A stretch of 64,000 bases of DNA from Octopus vulgaris (GCA_951406725.2 OX597818.1:119970001-120034000), one strand, 5' to 3'. Numbered from the stretch's first letter, positions 35,001 to 48,866 are shown. Numbers and translations are program-made. The notes: generated from the letters alone by a model not told the origin.

Positions 35001-37735
35001 GCCAACACGCCAGCTTAAACACCAGATTAATAATCTTTTCTACTATAGGCAGAAGGCCTGAAATTTTGGCAGGAAGGAGCAAGTCAATTACATCGAACCC
35101 AGTACTTAATTTATCGACCCCGAAAGGATGAAAGGCAAAGCTGACCTTGGTGGAAATTGAACTCAGAACGCAGCGATGGGGGAAATACTGCTAAGCATTT
35201 CGTAACAATTCTGCCAGGTCACCACATTAAACACCAAATTAATAATGAATGTTATTTATTTTACTAAATCCCTTTAAATATTTTATTATTCTGAAAATAA
35301 TCAGACAATGTTTTCCAATAAAATCATGGTCCTTAAAGGGTTAAGAAAATTCAAATTAAACCTGATATTCTTATATGGTCTTTCATTTTTTGTGGCGTGA
35401 TTTCTATGACCAGATGTCTTTCCTATCACCAACCACTACAGATGTTACTGGGGGTATTGTACCAGCTTCTGAGTAATTGTCTTATCCTCAGCATAACTAA
35501 AAAGCCTGTCATCATCATCATTACTGTTTAAGGTTCATTGTCCCTGTTGGTATAGGTCAGACCTTTCTTCACTACATTGAATCCGCCCATTCATTCACCA
35601 GCATCCTGAGGTTATGTCAGTTTCAACAAGACCAAACTGTTCACTGTTATCTGCATTGTTTTGGCATATTTGTTCCAGTAAGGGTGTTTAGTGTAATCTG
35701 AAAATGCTGGTGTTTTGCTTGCGTGTATATTTTCTGTTTGGCTACATATATTTCTTCCTTTTTGCAGGTGCAACAAAACCACCAACCACAGCTCCTCCAG
35801 CTGCCCCTGCTGCTGGTCCACCAGTTGGTGCACCTGTACCAGGAATGTCATTGATGGGACCACCTCCAGGTACACATCTACCACCTATGATGCCTACTAT
35901 GACAGGTCAGTGAAGTCATTTATTTCTACCTTCCTATCATATTAATTAGTCTGTAATTTCCAGCTCCTGTTGGTACCTGTGAAGATAAGCTTGTATTGTA
36001 ACACTTTGTAAGGATATTATGTTGATATCCTGTAAGAAGGGTCACCAAACTACGGCCCACGGGCCAGATCCGGCCTGTAAGGTCAGTTCGTCTGTTCTGT
36101 CACTGCCCCACTGTGCCTTTTGTGTAAGTACCTGCAATCAGAATTCATTTGCCTCTGGTATGGCATCAATGTTTGGAACAACTTATGTCTGTGAGCGAAC
36201 ATTTTCAAAAATGAAGGATGCGAAGTCAGCACTTCGAACGAGGTTGACTCTCTTTTACTTGTTTCAGTCATTTGACTGTGGCCATGCTGGAGCACCGCCT
36301 TTAGTCGAGCAAATCGATCCCAGGATTTACTCTTTGTAAGCCTGGTTCTTATTCTATAGGTCTCTTTTTGCTGAACCGCTAAGTTATGGGGACATGAACA
36401 TACCAACATCGGTTGTCAAGCGATGGTGGGGAGACAAACACAGACACACAAACACACACACACACATATATACGACGGGCTTGTTTCAGTTTCCATCTAC
36501 CAAATCCACTCGCAAGGCTTTGCTCGGCCCAAAGCTATAATTAAAGACACTTGCCCAAGGTGCCACGCAGTGGGACTGAACCCAGAACCATGTGGTTGGT
36601 AAGCAAGCTACTTACCATACAGCCACTCCTGCGTCTATGTGAGCAAACATTTTCAAAGATGAAGGATGTGAAGTCAGCACATCAAACAAGGTTGACTGAT
36701 GAACATTTGAAAGCAATTCTCTTCGCTGGTTGCAGCAATTCCAAAGCAAATATTGATGATGTCTTAAAATCTAAACACCAGTTTCACAAATCACGCCAAC
36801 CTTTTTTGCTGATTAGTTTGTGAGATTCGGATATGTGTGCACTAGTTGTGATATAATTATCTTCTTTGATAACTTTCTGGTAAATAAATATGTTGGTTGT
36901 CTTTATTTTTTGTGCATTCACTGTATTGTATTGAACAAAATGGTTATGCATCCCATGCTTGCCATTCTCTCAGCTATCTGGCCTGCCGTGAAAAATGTTT
37001 GGTGACCCCTGTCCGATAAAAACATATGGTTTAATCTCATTAGGTGATACCTTAGGCAAGTGTCTTCTTCCATGGTCTTGAATCAATCAAAACCTTTCTG
37101 TTTATCTTTTGAGGGGAGTAGATAACAGAATCCTATGGCTTTGGACAATGTAGCTTGTAGCACCAAGTTGTGTCCCTTGACAGCGTGCAAATCTTGCGAA
37201 AGCTGTTTTTATCTTTCATTCTTCCGAGGAGCAAGATCTAATAAGTACCAGCAATACACTAAGGATGATTTGATCAGCTTTACCCTTTCCCCAAATTTTA
37301 GACCTACTTTAAAAAATTATTGTCACTTGTTGGAAATGGCGGTTGACAGATTTGGTGAAGTACCAAGTAGAATGTTTTGGTGCTCTGAATTACGTCCCTT
37401 GTTCATCAGAACTTGATTTCTCGTGTGGCTTGATCAGAGGAGATAGCGCAGAACACAAACTTTACGTCTAATGGGGAAGAAAAGTAATCACGAATTAGGG
37501 GTTGTTACCTTTCTCTATTGCTAAGGATCAATTAAGTAGATTCCAATCAAGTACTGGGCTTTATAGCAGCGTTTCTCAACCGGGGTTCTCTGGAACGCTA
37601 GGGGTCCCCCGAGAGTGAGATAAGCTAAAGCTAATTTCATGATTGTAATATTACTATACATGCATAACATATTATTGGTTATTGTAATATAGACATCATT
37701 CTATCTAACCTATTATCAAAAAATATATAACAACC

Positions 37736-37767
<32 letters not shown>

Positions 37768-38885
37768 CACGTGAACTACAATGAAAAAATGAGAAAGATA
37801 TGGTATGTATATATATATATATATATATTGCGCAGGGGTTCCTTGAGACATGTAATTTATTTTAAGGGTTACGCAAGGGTAAAAGGGTTGAGAAACACTG
37901 CACTACAGCAGTTGGTTCTCAACCTTTTTTACCTATCAACCCTCTGAATTCCTATTTTATTTTATTGGACTTCTATAGTCATTCAGCGTTTAAAAGTGTC
38001 CTGTTATATTTATATCAGGTCATCCCATAAGTTCTGTCTGATTTTACCTTTTTGAAAATTGAATGAAATTTAGTAGTATTTTAGAATGTCTAATGGAATT
38101 AAATATTATTTTACAGAATAATAGAATTAAAATGTCTTTCCTTAAAACCTTTTCTAACATGGAAGTATCCAAAGACCATTTGAGGCACATAATGCTTTAT
38201 GAGTACAAAAAAGGAAACTCTGCAGCTGAAGTGACTCAAAACATACACTCAGTTTATGGGAAAGAATGCTTGAATGAAAGAACTTGCAGAAGATGGTTTG
38301 CAAAATTCAGAAGTGGAGATTTCAGCCTTGAAGATGAAGATCGAACAGGACGTCCAGTTGAGTTTGATGATAAGCTCCTTGAAGCATTACTTGAAGAAAA
38401 TCCTGCATTACCAGTTGAAGAATTGGCAATAAAGCTTAATTCAAACCATACAAATGTTCATCGTCATCTTCAACAACTTGGAAAGGTTCCTAAACTTGGA
38501 AAATGGGTGCCTCAATAATTGTCCGAAAGCAACTGCAAATCCCGAGTTAACATTTGCTCTTCTCTCCATTCTTGCAAACTCATTTCACTCATTTTGGATA
38601 GACTTGCGGCTGGTGATGAGAAATGAGTCTTCTATTGAAATATTAAGCATCGTAAACAGTGATATTACATTTGCAGTGATTCAGATTTTCTCTTGTCTCA
38701 TTGTTTTGCATTTTTTTTTCCTTTTTGCAGTTGGTATCCGCCCCCCAATGGGACCTCCAATCGGACCACCTATGGCACCAATGAGTACAATGGTATCAGC
38801 CATTCCAATGCGACCGCCTATTGTGGCTAGCACCACAGCTACTGTTGTTGGAGGACCTCCTCCTGGTAAAATAGCAAGGAAGTAA
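29025..38885 (+). CDS. SNRPC: U1 small nuclear ribonucleoprotein C (U1-C), complete, 6 coding exons, 182 aa
   Basis: Spliced CDS of 549 nt: [62 protein letters not shown]... This is the diagnostic U1-C matrin-type zinc finger followed by a Pro/Met/Gly-rich tail; all introns GT-AG. Confidence 0.98.
29865..29907 (+). CDS. SNRPC: SNRPC exon 2 ([14 protein letters not shown])
   Basis: ttcag| acceptor, TCG|gtaagt donor, 43 nt. Confidence 0.97.
32494..32703 (+). mobile_element. mariner-derived MITE
   Basis: TA flanks; TIRs tgagggagtgctgaaaa / ttttcagcacccactca; internal remnant of the transposase C-terminus ([14 protein letters not shown]). Confidence 0.8.
32728..32836 (+). CDS. SNRPC: SNRPC exon 3 ([36 protein letters not shown])
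   Basis: ttgcag| acceptor, CCA|gtaagt donor, 109 nt. Confidence 0.97.
33048..33431 (+). mobile_element. Non-autonomous Helitron
   Basis: 5' TC followed by tttatatataaaa; 3' hairpin cccgagcaatgccggg (33404-33419) and CTTG (CTAG-like) end before T. Confidence 0.65.
34179..34274 (+). CDS. SNRPC: SNRPC exon 4 ([32 protein letters not shown])
   Basis: ctttag| acceptor, CAG|gtaaga donor, 96 nt. Confidence 0.95.
34363..34789. mobile_element. Fold-back element family A copy with a different palindromic core (SNRPC intron 4)
   Basis: Same outer arms and tail as the 11828 and 20736 copies; inner palindrome at about 34530-34711 is unrelated to theirs. Confidence 0.7.
35768..35905 (+). CDS. SNRPC: SNRPC exon 5 (Pro-rich: [14 protein letters not shown]...PPMMPTMT)
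   Basis: ttgcag| acceptor, CAG|gtcagt donor, 138 nt, phase 1-1. Confidence 0.92.
36039..37011 (+). mobile_element. hAT-superfamily (SPIN/Charlie-like) non-autonomous element interrupted by a SINE
   Basis: Termini gggtcaccaaac / gtttggtgacccctg; hAT dimerisation-domain remnant [18 protein letters not shown]...TRLTDEHL. Confidence 0.8.
37569..37900. mobile_element. hAT-type MITE
   Basis: TIRs cagcgtttctcaacc / ggttgagaaacactg. Confidence 0.7.
38013..38660 (+). mobile_element. 5' half of a mariner transposon (decayed transposase: HTH domain, WVP motif, GDEK)
   Basis: TIR-like tatcaggtcatcccataag; ORF 38063..38518 with [12 protein letters not shown]...[23 protein letters not shown]...GKWVP; premature stops; 3' truncated. 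Confidence 0.9.
38731..38885 (+). CDS. SNRPC: SNRPC last coding exon ([18 protein letters not shown]...[10 protein letters not shown])
   Basis: Long polypyrimidine tract plus gcag| acceptor; in-frame TAA at 38883-38885. Confidence 0.92.
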
Positions 38886-39335
38886 CACCATTTTAGGATT
38901 CGGGCCTGACAAATATGTACATATGTATTTCCTGGGTTTTTTCCATTTCATTTTGTATCACTTTTTCTTTCATTCCATAACCCTTTCTCCTTCCATCTCA
39001 TGCTCTATTTTCCTTCAAAGTTTTTTCTTTTCCTTTATCCATATTTCCTTCACCCTACCATTTCTCTCCCCGTACTCCTCTCTCCACTAGACTCTGTCTA
39101 TCTCTTTCTCCCATTCAGCCAGCTCTTCTCCCCATCTCTCATTTTTCTCTCTTCTTTTGACCACCTCCCTCTTCTCCTATTCATCTTCCTTTTACTATTT
39201 ACCCTCAACCACTTTCTCAGATTCTTCTTTTGTTTTACATACATACGTATTTATGTATAGAATCTGTGGGTATATCTGTGGGAGATAAGGGAGAGAATTC
39301 ATTTTGTATTCCATTTTAGTTTTTTTTTTTTTATA

Positions 39336-39346
39336 AATAAAATAAA
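39336..39346 (+). terminator. Candidate SNRPC polyadenylation signal (overlapping AATAAA hexamers)
   Basis: aataaaataaa about 450 nt after the stop codon, following a pyrimidine-rich 3' UTR; another AATAAA near 39386. Confidence 0.5.
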
Positions 39347-40968
39347 ATATAAAATGTTACATTGAATTTTGAGAGGTTAAGGAGGAATAAAACAATAAGA
39401 GAGTTTTCTTTTGGTAAATATGTCTCCATAAATTTAGCAGTGCAGGAAATTTTCTGTACTTCCAAATGAAATCTCATAAGAAACTGCTTACCACTTTCAC
39501 AATGATACGGAAGGAAATATTTTTGATAACATTAACTTGTTCCTTAAATGTACTCACTTGTATGGATTTCTCTACCTGAGACTTATTACCATTTTTAATT
39601 TCTCTTAGTAATTATTTTTTCTGTATGAGATGATATATGTGTGTGAAAAAAAGGTTATGTTGTGTAGATGTTTACTATTGAAAGCCCAAAGAAATGTGCA
39701 CTTTGAATTAGTGTTAGTATAATATTTAGATAAATTAAGGCAGCAATATGGCTGAAGTGTTAGCATGCCAGGCTAAATGCTTAGCGGTATTTCGTCTGTC
39801 TTCACATTCTGAGTTTCAAATTCCGCTGAGGTCGACTTTGCCTTTCATCCTTTTGAGGTCGATTAAATAAGCACCAGTTACGCATTGGGGTCGATATAAT
39901 CGCCTTAATCCGTTTGTCCTCTCTGTGGTTAGCCCCTTGTGGATAGTAAAGAAATAGGTATTTCGTCTGTCTTCACATTCTGAGTTCAAATTCCACTGAG
40001 GTCAACTCTGCCTTTCATCCTTTCAGGGTTGATAAATTAAGTACCAGTTGCATACTGGGGTCAAGCTAATCGACTGGCCCCCTCCCCCAAAATTTTGAGC
40101 CTTGGGCCTAGAAAAGAAAAGAATATTTAAATAAATTTTGGTGTGCGTCTCGTATCAGTATTTCATACACAGCCTGGCACACCATTGGTTATGATGAGGA
40201 GTGTTCCAGTTGATTCAATCAATGCAACAGCCTGCTTATGAAATTAAAGTGCAAATGGCTGAGTACTCCATTGACACGCATGACTTTAATGTAGTTTTCA
40301 GGAAGATTCAGCATAATGCAGAATGTGACAAGGCTGGCCCTTTGAATTACAGGTACAAATCATTATTGCCAGCTAAGTGGACTGGATGGACTGGAGGAAT
40401 AGGAAATAAAGTGTCTTGCTCAAAGCCACAAGATGCCACTGGAAATTGAACTCACTACCTTATGATTGTGAACCAAATATTCTAACCACTGAGCCATGCA
40501 CCTTCACTATTTTGTGCACTCGCACACACACAGGGGTCAACTTGGTCATTGACATGTTCTATGTTAGACAAATGTTAAATTTAAATAATTAGGTGAAATA
40601 TAGATATACCTGTATATTAGTATAAACGATGTAGGCGCGGACATGGCTGTGTGGTTAGGGAGCTTGGTTCCTAGCTATATGGTTTCAGGTTCAGTCCCAC
40701 TGCATGGCACTTTGGGTAGGTGTCTTCTGCTATAGCCCCGAGCCGACCGAAGCTTTGTGATTGAATTCGGCAGGCGGAAGTTACTGCCGTGTGTGTATAT
40801 GTGCGTGTAGGTGCTTGTGCCTCTCCGAAAGAGAGAGAGAGGGATACAAGTTAATAAGACTACAGGAATTTGAGGTTCTTGCTTGTAACTTGGAAAATAA
40901 AAGGCTCTGAACCATCAGTGTCTGGAAAATCAGTGTTGTACCTGTGTGTGCATGTGTGTATGTATGTA

Positions 40969-41010
<42 letters not shown>

Positions 41011-41404
41011 CACAGGTATGACTATATATGTATAATGAAGGCACATGGCTCAGTAGTTAGAGCATGAAGCTTATGATCGTGAGGTTGTGAGTTTGATTCC
41101 CAGACGGGGCTGCATGTTGTGTTCTTGAGCAAGACACTTTATTTCGCATTGCTCCAGTTCATTCAGCTGTAGAAATGAGTTGCGATGTCACTGGTGCCAA
41201 GCAGCATCAACATTTGCCTTTCTATTGGATAACAATGGTGCTGTGGTGAGGGCTGGTATGCATGGGCGACTGATAGTCTTCCACAAAACGACTTTGTCCA
41301 GACTTGTACCTTGAAGGGGAACTTTCTAGGTGCAATCCCATGGTCATTTGTGACCAAAGAGGGTCTTCTTTTTATATATAGATATATATATACACACACA
41401 TACA

Positions 41405-42035
41405 TACAGTGTGGGCTAAAAGCCATGCACCAAGATTAAAACCCATTTTAAATATTTACATATATTGCACATTTCAAAACCAACGCTTTATATTTAATTA
41501 CAAAGCAAAACAAATTAGAAAATGTCAACAGTATGATCACAAGTGTTCAAAAATGTACATCGGCTGCAGCTTTTATTATTCGTTGCATTGTTGTACAAGG
41601 ACCAACAATTTCCTGCGATGATCTTTGCACTGTTTTCTTTGGGCTTTTGTGAAACTTGTTTATGACAGATACATGTGTGTTGTTTGATACCTTAGGGTGG
41701 CCACTTCAGTATTTGTCGTGCACACTGCCTGTTGTGTGGTATTTTTGGACTAAACAACCAACCAGTGTATGCAATATGGTTTTTTTCCCGGATGCTTTTT
41801 GGTTGAAGATGCCAGAGAGGGTTCTTTTGTTTGCACCATCACAACCAGGCAGAAAAATGAGTTCCATACACTCTGGAATTGTCATGGACACACTTCAGTT
41901 TTTCTAAAATGGAATAAAATAAATAAAATGATAACATATATGCTCATACTTGTATATGATGAATAATAGTAATAATAACAATATAAATAAAATATCAAAT
42001 TTCATGGTGAGTAATTTTTTTGCTTCACTCCTCTG
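41405..42035 (-). mobile_element. Decayed Tc1-like element fragment
   Basis: TA-CAGTG start; minus-strand ORF with LVQKYHTTGSVHDK..GHP (Tc1-like HTH region). Confidence 0.55.
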
Positions 42036-42057
42036 TGTGTGTGTGTGTATATATACA

Positions 42058-43334
42058 CAGGGTGGCCCAATAGTCACGAAAGGGTTTCAATATTTAATAT
42101 CTCGTTTTATTTTGTTTAAAAATTGTGATACTTTACTACGTAAGTTATAGAAAATGGATGTGAGATTTATTTCCCCTTGGTGTGAAAGATGACATCTTTT
42201 AACTCTTTCGTTACTATATTTCTGACCAAAATACACCCCTTATGTGTTTCAATTAATTTCTAACATAATCATAATAGTCTGGTTTCATTAAACAACTATA
42301 ACTTTTTTATTTATCAATATATTAATGTGATTTTTGGAAGATAATTTAATGAAATGTTCTCAACCAATTCTATACTATAATTTTTGTCACAAAGTGACTC
42401 TAATTGCAGGTAGATACAGGTAAATTCAACAAAATATAAAATTATTAAAATTTTGTTCAAGCATCGCTATAGAAAATGAGTTATTAGTTTTCACGAATGT
42501 ACTAAAGAGATTTGCTCTGATATTCTCATTTAAATATGAATAGGTAAATACGGGCGGGTTTGGTCACATTAACCAAAATTTTTTTCGGGCGGCTTTGGGC
42601 GGTTTGGTAACAAAAGGGTTAAGTCACATCCATTTTCCAATTCGCATAAACTTGCTCTTTCTAAGGCGTTTTCCATAACAGCCCTTAACATTTGTGGCTC
42701 CAGTGATCTAATATCTGTTCTAATGTTATTTTTAAGATCTGCAATTGTTTGAGGCTTGTTGTTATAAACTTTTCCCTTAAGATATCCCCATAGGAAAAAG
42801 TCTGGAGAATGACATGGATCTTCTCTTGCTAATTCTTGGAATCTTGTGACATATTGTAATCTAGTTCTTTCAGCTGTTGTACCAATTGGATCATATGTGG
42901 AAAAAGATCCATTGTTTTTAAAATTCGTTGGAGCGATGTCCTGCAGACTCCAACTTGTCGAGAATGTGTTTGTGTTGATGTCGGGTCTTTTCAATACTCT
43001 CCCTCACACACCTGACTCTGGCCTCGTTTCTAATGGAACAAGGTCTGCTTATTCTTGGAAGGTCACTTACTGATCTTTGATCTTCAAAATGACCAATTAA
43101 TCACCTGACCATTGGACAATTCATTTCTCTATAATTCTTATTGAGTCTGAATTATTGATCCTTGGTTTTGGTAATAAAATTTCACAATTTGCGTTTGCTG
43201 TTCAATAGTGTACTTTTCCATGCTTAAATTTAAGGGTCTTCTTTATATAAATGTGAAATAAAATAAAAATTAAATAATTATTTAAAAAAGTTTATTAAAT
43301 ATAGAAACCCCTTTGTAACTTCTGGGCCACCTTG
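42058..43334 (-). mobile_element. Tc1/mariner-superfamily transposon relic with nested piggyBac-type MITE (42199-42622)
   Basis: TIRs cagggtggccc / gggccaccttg; ORF with PDFFLWGYLKGKVY...DLKNNIR; nested TTAA-flanked insert. Confidence 0.85.
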
Positions 43335-45658
43335 TATATGAGTTGCCTTGTTTTATATGTGCATGCACCTGGTGCAAGCAGATGTGTTTCCGTTTTGAGC
43401 TGGTAGTATAACATCGACACACCTTTAAAAATTCATTGCCTTTAACTCTGAATTAGACCTCCAGAAGTTCTGTTTTAAGGTCCATACTGTCTGAAATGAA
43501 ACATTTTGGCCTCCAGATGTTCTAATTCTAATTGTGTATTTAGTTATAGGTTGGATTTGAACTAGGAACTTTAATTTTAAATCATTCATGCCACAATTGT
43601 CCAGTGGATAAAGCATTATTTGCTTTATAAAAAGAAGGTTCTTAGTTCATATCTTGTCTGATTGACTGTGTACATATCCAGGTGAGGGTCACTGATATGT
43701 AACCTCATATTTTGGGCTTAAAATCTGGAAAAAAGATTTTGTAAGGCATTATAATACTATCTATGTATAAGAAACTCCCATATTTTTTTAATCTGATTTT
43801 TGACAAAAAAAGGGGGTTCCTTATACACATTAAAATATGGTAAATATAATAATTTTAAAATGTTTCATCTCTAAAGATTAGATTAATAGTTTGAAAAAGG
43901 GCATGAAGAACTCATTTCAAACACTGAGATATTGAGTTTCATTTATTTCTGGTGTAATAACCTACAAAAATGGTTACTGACATTAAACACAGCAAGGTTC
44001 AAAATCTAATTTATGAATTTAGTGCTTTGTTACACCTAAACCAGTCACGGGGAAACTGCAGCCCATAGGACTTTCTGAATGGTACTCCTAGTAAAAACCT
44101 ACCTTTAATTTGTTTTAATAGTGCAGCCTTCTTGATGATGTGCCATGTCTTGTGTGGCCACCTTCTTGTAAAAGGTTGCTTTTGCTTGTTGTAAACCTTT
44201 TCTAATCAATACAACCGTACTTGGTTCAATTCTTCATATAACTATTATTTCAGAATTTAGTCTTTGGTTAGCTTTGATCAAACAACTATGAACAAAGAAT
44301 GGTATCCATTTCTAGAATGGTAAAGTGTAGTTTCAGAGATCTGTTGCAGTTTTTTCACTGGACCTTATAGAAAGCACTGTTGTTGGCTCAATATTGGTAC
44401 CAGTCAAGCAGTAGGGTCTATGGAATCACCCAGATCCCTTCCTTTCTAAATTGCCAGCCTTGCAACTAAATCACAAACTATATTGGCTCAATAAATATTA
44501 CTTTATTGCATTTGGTGTCTAGACAGATTATACATTTAACTTGTGTTACAGATAAAATGCATTTTGAAAATTACCAAAAAAATCGTCTTGACTCTTAGCA
44601 TTCAGATTACTCCGTCAAATATGGGAGCACTCTCTCGGTTACGACGACGAGGGTCCCAGTTGATGCGATCAACGGAACTGCTTGCATGAAATTAACGTGC
44701 AAATGACTGAGCAATCCACAGACACGTGTACCCCTAACATAGTTCTCAGGGAGATTCAGTGTGACAAGGCCGGCCCTTTGAAATACAGGTACAACTCATT
44801 TTTGCCAGCTGAGTGGACTGGGGCAACGTGAAATAAAGTGTCTTGCTCAAGGACACCACGCGTCGCCAGGAATCGAACTCACGACTTTACAATTGTGAGC
44901 CGAATGCCCCTAACCACTAAGCCACGCACCTTCAAATATAATGCTTATCTATTCACATTGTTTTGAATTAATCCTACATCATCTATCTCATAATTGTGAC
45001 ATTTTGATGATGTGGCTGCTTATTTTTAAAACTGACGTTATAAGGTAGGTGTGAGAGGCCAGACCTGGTCAGTTTTAACATAAAACTGGTAGAATATTTA
45101 AGCTGGATGTGGCTGGTTTAAATGCAGAAGGGTTATAGATAAAATTTATAATTTGTAGTTTATTTTGCTTTTGAACAAAATGCTACTATTACAATTTGTC
45201 TCAGTTTATTCCATAAATAACATTCTTGTTTCTCTTTATAAATATTGTTTCACTGTTATTCCATTATCTGATGTCTCCTATATTGCATTCTCTCTGTCTG
45301 GAATTCTTTCATTAAAAAAAAAATTATGCCAAACGTTTGTTTATTTTTTTCTTTGTTTCTTTTTTGTTTTTCAATGCTTTTTATTTATTTTTTTTGGTTT
45401 TTCTGTCTTCGAGAAACTTAATCCCTTTTGTTTGTTTGGTTTTTGTCTCTGGCAATTATCAAGCAACCAAGCAACATGAAGTTTCATGTATCTGTTGAGT
45501 ATCTCAGTGTGTATATCATCTTAGCTGTGTTTTTACATGGTAGTGAATACATTTTATCTGTGTGTGATTATATATATTATATGTACGTATGTATATTGTC
45601 TGAGATGCTGTCTGTCAGAAAAAATATGCGCTCATATTTATCAGTAGAGTGAGTATAT

Positions 45659-45840
45659 TAATCAAAGTATACAGTATTATAGATCCATTTCAGCTGATCT
45701 TGTCAATGGTTTTTGCAGTGCATATTAGATTTCAGGATGGTTAAGTAACACCTAATAACCAGTCCCATCTTATCCCATGTATAAAATCGATTGATAGCAT
45801 CAGCTGGAATGGATCTGTAATATTGTATACTTTGAATAAA
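45659..45840. repeat. Degenerate palindrome / fold-back
   Basis: caaagtatacagtattatagatccatttcagctgat vs atcagctggaatggatctgtaatattgtatactttg. Confidence 0.65.
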
Positions 45841-46550
45841 TAACATATATATTACATACACACACATTTATAGTTGATGAGTTACTGTGTTGATACTAGT
45901 TTCTTACCATATGCCATCCTTCAAGAAGTATCTTGTATGAAAGTCAAGCAAGAAACTCGTGTGGCAACAGAGTAAACCATTTGCTGCAAAGGCAAAAGAA
46001 AACTCTTTTACATATATTGAATCTTCTTCCATTTATCATCTAACCACATATATATATTGAAAAAAAAAAATGAAGCTTTTTTTCATAAGAAGCTGCCCTT
46101 CTCCTCAATCACTTACATAAAATCACATTGTTTTTTCCTGAATGAACTCCAGGAAAAAATAGACTTCTTGGCCTTCTAATGAAGATTGTCATCTGATTGG
46201 TTGGTACCTAACCCTCATTTTAGGCTTTCTATGTTTATTCTTTTTCAAATGACCAAATATATCTACAAACTTTTGAAATAAACTTATTTGAAATAAGCAC
46301 TGATTTTGTTCGTTAATTCCTTGGATGTAATTATCATTACATTATTATATCTTTTGCTCAAATTCCAACAAAGTCGACTTTGCCTTACATCCTTTCAGGG
46401 TCAGTAAGTACTGGGCACTGGGGCTGATGTAATCAACATTCTCCCTCTCATGTACTCGTAATAGAAAGAATTACTATGATGTCTGTAAAGGTAGCAAGCT
46501 GGCAGAATTGTTAGCATATCTGGCATAGTGCTTAGCTGCATTTCTTCCAT

Positions 46551-47480
46551 CTATCTAGGTCGTCCCTCGGGACACCCCAAGACTGTTTCCACACATTTTC
46601 CCCATTTGTCTCGATCTTCCATAATGGTCCTCAGCTCCTGTACCACTTCCATACCAGTATCCTCCAGCAAGTTGTCGATATAGGTTGCCTTCCTCCTTCC
46701 TCTCTTGATCCTTTCTTCCGTTGGTTGCCAGAGCACTAGCATGTGTCCAGCTAGCCTCATCCTTCTATGTTGCATCTTCAATGTTACTTTTGTTGTATGA
46801 CTCTTCCAGGAGACATTGAGTGCCATTCTAATCATCCTATCACCGTGACCGAACAGGCTATCAGATGTTGCTACACATCGCTGGTCACAATGCGCTTCGC
46901 ATTGTTTTAACCTTCAATGACGCCACCCCACTGCCTAAGCGAGCAGGCCAACAGAAGAAAGAGTGAGTGAAAGTTGTGGTAAAAGAGTACAGCGGGGTTC
47001 ACCACCACCCCCTGCCGGAGCCTCGTGGAGCTATAGGTGTTTTCACTCAATAAACACTCACAACGCCTGGTCTGAGAATCGAAACCGTGATCCTACGACC
47101 GCGAGTCAGCTGCCCTAACCACTGGGCCTTTGCACCTCCACAAGCATCCTCATATAAAACCGTCTAACTGCTTCTTCGATGCTTTAGCGAGCGTCCATGT
47201 TTCAGCCCCATATAGAAGAACAGACTCCACTGTTGACAGAAACAACCTCACTTTCAATTTCCTTGCTAACTTTGAACTCCAACTCCATGAATTTCTCAAT
47301 TTATGGCATGTGCTCCAGGCAAGAACTTTCCTTGCAACAATGTCATTTTCAGTACTTTGTATCCATGCACCAAGATATTTGAAATGTTCAACTACCTTTA
47401 GTGACTTACCGTTTCTCACTTTCACTGACACAGGCATTTCATGGTTGAATACTTGCAGCTCTGTTTTCTTTGCATTACAG
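46551..47480 (-). mobile_element. RTE-like non-LTR retrotransposon 3' fragment (RT C-terminal region) interrupted by a SINE at about 46840-47140
   Basis: KVVEHFKYLGAWI...KLKVRLFLSTVESVLLYGAETWTL...QLDG; RMALNVSWKSH...RMRLAGH...RGRRKATYID. Confidence 0.85.
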
Positions 47481-48005
47481 TATAATCATACCTTCCCTGA
47501 TTCCAATTTCTGATATTCTGTGTTCAAATTCCACCAAGGTGGACTTTGCCTTTCGTTCTTTCAGGGTCGATAAAATAAATGCCAGTCAGGTGCTGGGATC
47601 GATGTAATCGATTATCAATGCCCCATCCCCTAAAATTACTGGCCTTGTGCCAAAATTTGAAACCATTATTTCCAAAGATCTCGGTCACTAGTCATTGCCT
47701 TGGTGAGGCCTAATGTTCGTAGGTTCATGCTTCACCTTCACATATATTTCAAAATGTAATCACATGTGGATCGTTGGAGATTTTTTCCTCCATCTTCTTT
47801 TTCTCTTGGACTTTCCTCCATCTCCTCTTTCTGAAGAAGAGCTTTGCTTGAAACGTAAAACCACCTTTCTTTCCTTCCCTGAGCATCTGCTAATACTTTG
47901 CATGTACCATGACCTCGCATTGTTGTTTTTCCTTGTGTTTTTCCTTCGTTTTGGTGAGGGATTATACATATATATATATATCATCATCATTTATTTTATA
48001 GAAGG

Positions 48006-48056
48006 AGCTTCTACAGGACTAGAACTGTTTCATTCAAAAGAAATCCTCAGGAAGCT
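48006..48056 (-). ncRNA. Type I hammerhead ribozyme motif in left arm of inverted-repeat element
   Basis: Minus strand: AGCTTC CTGAGGA TTTCTTTTGAAT GAAACAG TTCTAGTC CTGTA GAAGCT. Confidence 0.65.
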
Positions 48057-48369
48057 AGGTGACAAGAGTAGTTTTGGCATTTATACATTTAGGCAGGTTT
48101 AAAGGGGTGGTGGTGTATATACATGTGTGTATATATATGTGTATGGGTATATATGTGTATATGCATGTATGTATGTGTATGTGTGTACATGTATGGACTT
48201 GTTGGGTTTCTTTTTTATATATGTAGATAGATATGTGTGTGCGTGTGTATTAGTATGTGCTTGTGTATATATACGTGTATGTAGGTATGTATCTGACTGG
48301 TGTAAGTATATATGTGTGTATGTATATGTAGGTATGCGCGTACATGTATGTATGTGTGTATATATGTAT

Positions 48370-48401
<32 letters not shown>

Positions 48402-48866
48402 GTATAGGTATATGTATATATATGTGTATGTGTATGTATGTGTATATGTATATGTATATATATTTATTAGTCTTCTGAGGGTGTATAGATGTATGTATGT
48501 GTATGCGTGTAGATATGAATTTGTAGGTACATGTACGTATGTGTATATACGTGCATGTATGTATGTATGAATATAACACGTGCGTGTGTGTATGTGTATG
48601 AGTGTACGTGTGAGTGTGTGTGAGTGTTTGTGTTCCCAAAGCTGTAACAGAAGACATTAGAAAGATAGAAAGGAGGGGGAAGGGCAATAAATGGACTCTT
48701 TAGACTATCCCTTGGGACGAAATCACTTCAGTGCTTGACTGAGGTCAAAGATAAAAATAAAAATAAAAATAAAATTAAAATAAGGGAATAAAAGTGTATG
48801 TGTGTGCATGTATATGCATATGTATGTGTGTGTGTGTATATATATGTGCGTGTGTGTATATATATA

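Noticed and set aside
38063-38518. 151-aa ORF resembling the SETMAR/mariner transposase overlapping SNRPC intron 5
   Set aside because: Truncated mariner with stops and no complete DDD catalytic domain; not a domesticated gene and not needed for the SNRPC reading frame.
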